Of a stretch of DNA of 64,000 nucleotides, positions 58,280 through 64,000 are shown piece after piece; position 1 is the stretch's first letter, and each line of letters begins with the position of its first letter. Below the pieces are notes generated by a model. That model saw only the letters and a list, made by a program, of their open reading frames with translations. It ran no database searches and was not told the DNA's origin. The translations under genes were made by a program, and so were the position numbers. The stretch lies in the NCBI GenBank assembly GCA_963662435.1, contig OY759598.1, positions 310,001 through 374,000 on the forward strand, in the 5' to 3' direction. Source of the stretch: Dehalococcoidia bacterium (GTDB taxonomy: Bacteria; Chloroflexota; Dehalococcoidia; Lucifugimonadales; VXLM01).

Positions 58280-60637
58280 CTAGTCCGCTCCCGCCGGATT
58301 TATCGCCGGATTGATTGACGGCTTGAACGGCGGCTCGGCTGGCGGCTCGACTACCGTTTCGGTTGCGAGGTCATCTTCCGGTTCGGCCGGAGGAAGAATC
58401 GGAGAACTGAGGAACGTGTACAGATTCCCGCCCGTGCCGATCCACGTTTTGTCTTCAATCGTTGCCGAGTCGATCAGCGGTTGGTTGTTGACCCGCACGG
58501 TTGGGTGCACACCGTAGCTCTTCACTTCCAGCCTGTCCTTCATGAAGTGGAAGACCAGGCCTTCGAAGCCCGGAACGTTCAACTCGCTGCCGCGAATAAG
58601 ACCCCGGTAGAAGAATCGGAACACGGGCTGCCGCTCGACATCAGAGAAGTCTACGAGCTCGTCCTCGTCCTCCGTGTAGATGTAGCCATACGGTTTCGGC
58701 CTCGTCAGGAAATACAACACTCCTGCAGTGATCGGCACCGCAACCACTACGAGGGCCACTACGATCATCCACGGGAATTGCGACTGAGGTACCGGCACGG
58801 CTGCCACGCCTGCCACGGCTGCTACACCTGCCGCGCCTGCTGCACCTGTCACGGCTGCTGCACCTGCCGCGCCTGCTGCACCTGTCACGGCTGCTGCACC
58901 TGCGGCGCCAGCCACGTTTGCCACCGATGTCTCAGGGGCGACAGGCTTGATCGCAGGTGTCACCGCCGTCGTCTCAACCGGCTTGACGACGACCGGCGGG
59001 ACGACCACGGGTCCGGCAACAGTCGAGACTACTATGGAGTCCGAAGACTCGACAAACGTTCGGCCGGCGTGGTCAAGACTGAGGTTGAATTGAAGCGTGT
59101 GGCTTCCATACTCGCTCGGCGTAAACACGATGTCGTACTGCCACGCGGGGCCATCCCCGTAGAGACGATGAGGCACAAGATCAAGGGTTCCGAGACCTGC
59201 GCCGGACGTTGCCATGGTGACCAGGATTGCCTCGGGATCTACGGCGTAAGGACCGCCATCCACGTGGATGGATACTGTGCCGATGTTCCGCGCTTCTCCC
59301 GGCTGCAGGTCACGCACCGCTTGGGTCTCGACGTGGAACGACGGGAACGGCTGGGCATCAAACGAATGGTCAGCCGAGAACCTATGGTTGAACGAGGGCC
59401 ACAGCATCTCCAGGGTCACGTCATACGTTCCGGCCAACTCAATCGACGGTAGTCTCACCGTGAAGTAGCCGTCGCCCGCCTGGGAATCGCCCCGAGTCCC
59501 GTCATCGTACAGCTCGTACTCAATGGCCTCAATGCCAGTGCCGGTAACCGTTGCGAACATCCTCACATCTTCCAGCACCGCCGTTCGACCATCTTGCGCC
59601 GCGTAACCCATGATGATGCTCGACTCGCCTGTCGGCACGGGGGAATTCGTGCGCAGGACCAACTCGTATCGATCGGTCATGCTGCCCCAGATGGAGACTG
59701 CTCCCTCGACAGCCGTGGTCTCAGCTCTCCAAATACCGGGGGCCGGCTCCTTGAGCCGCCAGACTTCCAGATGCTCGGTCTCGAAGATCTTGGAAAGCGC
59801 CAAGCTTTCACCAGACAGTACCTCGTCCGAAGGGGTCACAATTTGGAACGACCCGGAGTTTCCCTCTTTGAAGAGATACAGCATGGTCTCTTCGGTACCC
59901 GGCATTATGGGAATGGCAGTGCTGAACCACTTTGTGTCCACTACCGCCTCGGATGCAAATTCCTGGACGGAACCCTCACCGGACGATCCAAACACGTGGT
60001 TTGCAAGCGGCCTCATGTCCGCTCCGGACGCGAGACCAAAGACCTTCCCACCGGTGGTCCTGGTAATCGTGTCGAGGAATTGCGCCGCTCCTCGGTCGTT
60101 CGCATCCAGGATCAGGCCCTGGATCGACCAACCTTGTTCGGCGATTCGGTCCACCAGAGGCGAAGCGGTGCTGCCCAGTGCTTCGTAGCCAATGTCTCCC
60201 GAGCCTCCCAGCGCCAGGTAGATCGTTGAACCTGCGGGAGCTCCGTACGTCGAAAGGGCCGATCGGGCTTCTTCCAGCGCCTCCAGAATTGTCTGGGAAG
60301 CGATGGTACTCTCCGATTCGAGACGGGCCGCGATATCGCTCCGGCTGCTCTCGTAGTCGTAGTCCGAGGCGCTGAACGGTCCGACCGCTTCCCCGGGCCT
60401 ATTGGTGTCGAGGAATACTACGTCGCCCTCCTGCTGGGTGGCCAGGAGTCCGATCAGCGACATTGCTAATGGGATGACCTCCTCCGCCTCTCGGACCGAC
60501 GAAGAGTCGGCGACGACTACGGCCATTTCGGGCCGTGAATCAGCCTGCGCAAATGCCGCCGGCGGGGATATCGCCAGCCACACCAGCAGCACGGCGATTA
60601 CCGAACTTACAATAGAAAAGAACCGTGCACGTCGCAT
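58280..60637 (-). CDS. Membrane-anchored surface protein: vWA-like, beta-sandwich with LYDDG..GD..AGDG motif, Ala/Gly linker, TM helix, cytoplasmic FHA-like tail
   Basis: Signal peptide, VVADSSS, TM WMIVVALVVVAV, C-terminal VRVNNQP....IEDK.WI..G; domain calls made by eye. Confidence 0.6.
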   Translation of the reverse strand: MRRARFFSIVSSVIAVLLVWLAISPPAAFAQADSRPEMAVVVADSSSVREAEEVIPLAMSLIGLLATQQEGDVVFLDTNRPGEAVGPFSASDYDYESSRSDIAARLESESTIASQTILEALEEARSALSTYGAPAGSTIYLALGGSGDIGYEALGSTASPLVDRIAEQGWSIQGLILDANDRGAAQFLDTITRTTGGKVFGLASGADMRPLANHVFGSSGEGSVQEFASEAVVDTKWFSTAIPIMPGTEETMLYLFKEGNSGSFQIVTPSDEVLSGESLALSKIFETEHLEVWRLKEPAPGIWRAETTAVEGAVSIWGSMTDRYELVLRTNSPVPTGESSIIMGYAAQDGRTAVLEDVRMFATVTGTGIEAIEYELYDDGTRGDSQAGDGYFTVRLPSIELAGTYDVTLEMLWPSFNHRFSADHSFDAQPFPSFHVETQAVRDLQPGEARNIGTVSIHVDGGPYAVDPEAILVTMATSGAGLGTLDLVPHRLYGDGPAWQYDIVFTPSEYGSHTLQFNLSLDHAGRTFVESSDSIVVSTVAGPVVVPPVVVKPVETTAVTPAIKPVAPETSVANVAGAAGAAAVTGAAGAAGAAAVTGAAGAAGVAAVAGVAAVPVPQSQFPWMIVVALVVVAVPITAGVLYFLTRPKPYGYIYTEDEDELVDFSDVERQPVFRFFYRGLIRGSELNVPGFEGLVFHFMKDRLEVKSYGVHPTVRVNNQPLIDSATIEDKTWIGTGGNLYTFLSSPILPPAEPEDDLATETVVEPPAEPPFKPSINPAINPAGAD
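58796..58921. repeat. In-frame 18/36-bp tandem repeat (two exact 36-bp units at 58832-58903)
   Basis: Units CGCGCCTGCTGCACCTGT / CACGGCTGCTGCACCTGC encoding AGAAAVTGAAGA-type repeats. Confidence 0.85.
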
Positions 60638-61033
60638 CTTGATACCTCCTACTATACAAAGTATAAGAACACATTCAAAAAAAGTTCAAGATGCTGAACG
60701 ACGATGATATTGAAGATTCTGACGACCGCGGCCTGTCAGAGAGAAGAGATCCCTCCGTTATTCGCCATAAGCGGAAACGCAATCTTGTCTCAGCCGCACA
60801 CTGCACGTGAGCGGCTGCATTCGATGACTCCGTCCACGTGTGCGGAAATGGCGATGCGTGAACTGCTGGCACCTGAGGAACAGCGAGAAGGCCGGCCTAA
60901 TCGTTTGCCGATGGGGTCGATGCCACGTTGCAACAGGACAGAGACGCGGTCAATGCGCTTCTGCTGCTTGCGGCAGTCCTCTGCCAAGACGTACCGGAAG
61001 GGTTACCTGACGGTATAAACGAAACCCTGGCGC

Positions 61034-61927
61034 TCAGCTTCCAGACCGTTTGAAGATACCGCCAAGGTTCTGCAGTCTCCACCGCAGGTAACCGGCTGAG
61101 AGACGGCCCCCTAGGCGAACCTTAGGTACCGGCTTGAGTCCAAGAACCACGTGTATGAAATCGTTCTCGAGATCAAATCGGGGATATCGTCCAAGCCTAT
61201 CGATAAACCGCTGGTAGAATTCTTCGTCAAACTGCGTCCCCGTAGTCCACTGCCTAACGATTTCAAAATCGAGTTGGCGCAGGTAGGTCTCGTAGTGGGC
61301 TACTGTCAGCTTATTGACCCACGACGCCCGAACGTTGTTGCGGCCCCGCGTCTGGAAGAACTGCACGAACACTTCGTCGTCAAACAGCAGATGGGGCCAT
61401 GGAAAATAGACGTCTCTATATCGATGTGATGCCTTCGGACCACGGTACAAGTTTGCAACAATAAATGCGAGGCTGTGACTTCCGGGCCTTAACAGGTCCT
61501 TTACGGCCTTCAGCGACGCATAGGGATGTTCCATGTGCTCCCACACGGCTATGGCAAAGATTCTGTCGAATGTTCCCAGTTTCGAGTTATCCGCTTGACT
61601 GATATCGTGAACTCGCAGGTCCAGGCCTTCTGCAATGAGATCTTCCCAATCAGGATAAGTACGAATGTCCACCCCCACGACTTCGCATCCATAATCACGA
61701 TGGAGAACAGAACTCAGGTAGCCCCTCCCGCACCCGATCTCCAAGACACGCATGCCATTCTTGAAGTCAAGGACATCGTCGATATGGACCATTCGTACCG
61801 CCGCATCAAGGAGCGGATCGTCGTCCTTTTCCTTCATAATACTGGCGTGTTCGACGGCGGCGCTGTTTTGCGAGTACTGCTCATTCAGCTCCATGAAGAG
61901 GTCCAGATCGAAGCGTGGCAGTGTCAT
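61034..61927 (-). CDS. Class I SAM-dependent methyltransferase
   Basis: VLEIGCGRG, VVGVD, FD.I....VWEH..HP...L......LRPG. Confidence 0.85.
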   Translation of the reverse strand: MTLPRFDLDLFMELNEQYSQNSAAVEHASIMKEKDDDPLLDAAVRMVHIDDVLDFKNGMRVLEIGCGRGYLSSVLHRDYGCEVVGVDIRTYPDWEDLIAEGLDLRVHDISQADNSKLGTFDRIFAIAVWEHMEHPYASLKAVKDLLRPGSHSLAFIVANLYRGPKASHRYRDVYFPWPHLLFDDEVFVQFFQTRGRNNVRASWVNKLTVAHYETYLRQLDFEIVRQWTTGTQFDEEFYQRFIDRLGRYPRFDLENDFIHVVLGLKPVPKVRLGGRLSAGYLRWRLQNLGGIFKRSGS

Positions 61928-62193
61928 GAGCCTAACCCCTGGCTACCACTAACAGCGATTTCGCCAATCCAGACGCTCTCAGGTCCGGCATGAGAGCCTC
62001 GAAGAATCCTAGTACGTATTGCATCAGCCACATGGTGGAACGCTGATTTGAAATCAGAGGGAGTCCGCTCGCAGCTTCATATGGCGATACGCTTCCGGGA
62101 GAGAGACTAACCCCCCGTCCATACTTCGAGTTCGACGCTAGGGACAATTCCCTGAAGTAGCAATGCGACCGGAAACACCACTGCGCCATCGCT

Positions 62194-62835
62194 TTACTCT
62201 TGCAGCTCGGCAGATACGATCTTCCACTCTCCGCCAACCTGTTTGAAGAGCATGTGGAGGCTGTCTGCGGAAAGAGGGTTCTTCACGAGCCAATACATTT
62301 CCCTTGTATCTTCGTCGACTACCTGGGGTGCGCTTTCCTCGGTAACCGTCAATTTCACCTCAAATGTCTTCATCAATTCTACATTGCCGCGAAGCGTTTC
62401 TTCCTGCTCCTGGCGGTAGCTCTCTTCAAGGTATCCCAGTGCCTTGTCGAGTTCGTAATCATTTAACGCCTTCCAATAAGCAGCGCCCAGTTTCCTGAGA
62501 TCGTCCGCCTCTGGCGCTTCATCAGAGGATTCGGACTCTGAGGAAGTGGAAGTCTCTTCTTCCTCCGTCTCACTCTCCGGCGTGGCAGTCGGTTCTGCCT
62601 CTTCCGGCTCGGGTGTGGGGCTGGGTACGGGAGTAGCGGTAGGTTCAGGAGTGGAAGTGGGAATTGGAGTAGGAATAGCGGTAGGCGAAGGTGTCGGCGT
62701 ATCGGCGGGCTGTTCACTCTGCGGCTCACTCGCAGGACCTGGATCCCCCGACTCGTCTGATGAACCGCCACAGGAAGCGCCGACGGCCAATAGTAGCGTC
62801 ATAGCCGCAGGGATTACCCAAGGTTTCACAGTCAT
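62194..62835 (-). CDS. Hypothetical lipoprotein with PT/E-rich linker and small NTF2-like C-terminal domain
   Basis: Lipobox GASC; Y..ALN..E..KAL and GEWKIV motifs. Confidence 0.65.
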   Translation of the reverse strand: MTVKPWVIPAAMTLLLAVGASCGGSSDESGDPGPASEPQSEQPADTPTPSPTAIPTPIPTSTPEPTATPVPSPTPEPEEAEPTATPESETEEEETSTSSESESSDEAPEADDLRKLGAAYWKALNDYELDKALGYLEESYRQEQEETLRGNVELMKTFEVKLTVTEESAPQVVDEDTREMYWLVKNPLSADSLHMLFKQVGGEWKIVSAELQE

Positions 62836-63025
62836 TTCCACTGTCCTCCCGAAAGCTCTCTCGTCGCTTCGGTCACCTACGCTGAATAATGATTCTTGGC
62901 TATAAGGAGCATAAGTGGGAGTGCTATCCCTGTCAACTCACCCCTTGTTTTTCCCATCAGAGCAAGTCCGAATTCTCCTCTGTGGTACCATCACAAAGCC
63001 GGGTTCGACCTGGAGCGGAGGGAGA

Positions 63026-63367
63026 ATGGCGAGGCCCGTCGCAGTAGTGCTGGGGTTTCTTGCAGTCTTGCTGATCACGGCGGACTGCGGGGGTGACGTT
63101 GAAGATAGCGGCGGAGCCCCTCCTCTCGAAGTCAGAGGTCTCGTAACCGATGTCAAGGCCAGGTCCCTTCTTGAACTGGAACTATTGCGGGTGACCGACG
63201 AGCAAAATACCGAGTGGGAATTCCGACAGGGTCGGGATAGCATGACAGGAGCAGGCCACGACTACACTCCATCCCACCTCCGACAGCACATGGTGCAGGG
63301 CGTGCCCATCATCGTCACGTATAGCGAAATCGACGGCGTCCTGACGATTGTCAGCATCAGCGAATAG
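63026..63367 (+). CDS. Hypothetical exported protein
   Basis: GGAGGGAG RBS, hydrophobic N-terminus ending ...TADC. Confidence 0.6.
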   Translation: MARPVAVVLGFLAVLLITADCGGDVEDSGGAPPLEVRGLVTDVKARSLLELELLRVTDEQNTEWEFRQGRDSMTGAGHDYTPSHLRQHMVQGVPIIVTYSEIDGVLTIVSISE

Positions 63368-63377
63368 AGAATGGTAA

Positions 63378-64000
63378 ATGGACCAATCCCAGAACCGTAC
63401 CGAATTCCTGGATAATGTGCGTAGGGCCCTGGGCCGTACCGGCCCGCCCTCTGAGATCGACGTGCCCGACGCGACAGCGCTGTCCGACGACCATGGCGAG
63501 GTCCGAATGCGGCTGGACACCATCCAAGACGACATGACCTCTCGAACCGAGCAACTTGTGGAAGAACTGGTCGTCTCGGCTGAAGCGGCCGGATGGGTCG
63601 TCCACCGGGCCGCTTCAGCCGAAGCTGCCGCCTATGTCCGCCAGGTCGCTGAGACACTCGAATCGAGGAGCGTGCTCCGTTCAGACCATGCCATCCTCGA
63701 TGACATAGGTCTTGAGAAGTCGTTTCAGGGATCTCCTATTGAGCTCCAGAGAATCGCCTACGAGGAGTCCGGCAAGAGCCGTGTCACGCAGCGGGGGAAG
63801 TTCAGGCAGGACATGATCGTCGCGGATATCGGGGTCACCGGCGTAAACCATGCGATTGCCGAGACGGGGAGTGTGTCCATCTCTGCCGGCAAGGGAGTGA
63901 GCCGCCTCATATCGCTGCTCCCACCGGTGCACATAGCCGTGGTAAGTCCCGACCAGATAGTGCCCAGCCTGGACGAGTTATTTTCCTTCCGGCGCAACGA
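63378..64000 (+). CDS. LUD-domain protein (LutC/YkgG-like), runs off the window end
   Basis: Translated by hand: MDQSQNRTEFLDNVRRALG...ADIGVTG..HAIAETGSV...RLISLLPPVHIAV. Confidence 0.85.
   Translation, partial: MDQSQNRTEFLDNVRRALGRTGPPSEIDVPDATALSDDHGEVRMRLDTIQDDMTSRTEQLVEELVVSAEAAGWVVHRAASAEAAAYVRQVAETLESRSVLRSDHAILDDIGLEKSFQGSPIELQRIAYEESGKSRVTQRGKFRQDMIVADIGVTGVNHAIAETGSVSISAGKGVSRLISLLPPVHIAVVSPDQIVPSLDELFSFRRN

Noticed and set aside
60675..61030. Short ORFs between the surface protein and the methyltransferase
   Set aside because: No RBS, motif or consistent frame
1..64000. CRISPR array, rRNA or tRNA genes
   Set aside because: Repeats are dispersed or in-frame coding; no regular repeat-spacer array or cloverleaf recognised by eye

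Overview
GC-rich bacterial chromosomal window. Gene content suggests Chloroflexota, Dehalococcoidia/SAR202-like (inference only). Housekeeping genes: ruvB, an lpdA-pdhA-pdhB-pdhC operon, xth, rpsU, an HtrA-like protease, a cyclophilin and a csoR-copA-YHS copper locus. A large catabolic region carries four paralogous GHL10/DUF187-like TIM-barrel proteins, two family-5 ABC binding proteins, Gfo/Idh/MocA, PfkB kinases, a DapA-like aldolase, an amidohydrolase, an enolase-superfamily enzyme, a PhyH dioxygenase and two arylsulfate sulfotransferases. Mobile DNA: an IS1182-family element inserted in a REP-like hairpin, a frameshifting IS630, IS630-end MITEs, several REP-like hairpin families and two toxin-antitoxin islets. 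The most notable unexplained signals are four. (1) A ~260-nt multi-helix non-coding RNA candidate at 8945-9205 that I cannot assign to a known family. (2) A ~320-bp non-coding element in two copies, each flanked by a copy-specific duplication of the REP hairpin it sits in. (3) Two integrase-free islets, each bounded by a ~160-bp diverged duplicate of a gene end. (4) Enzyme paralogues with altered catalytic motifs. No CRISPR array, rRNA or tRNA was seen.
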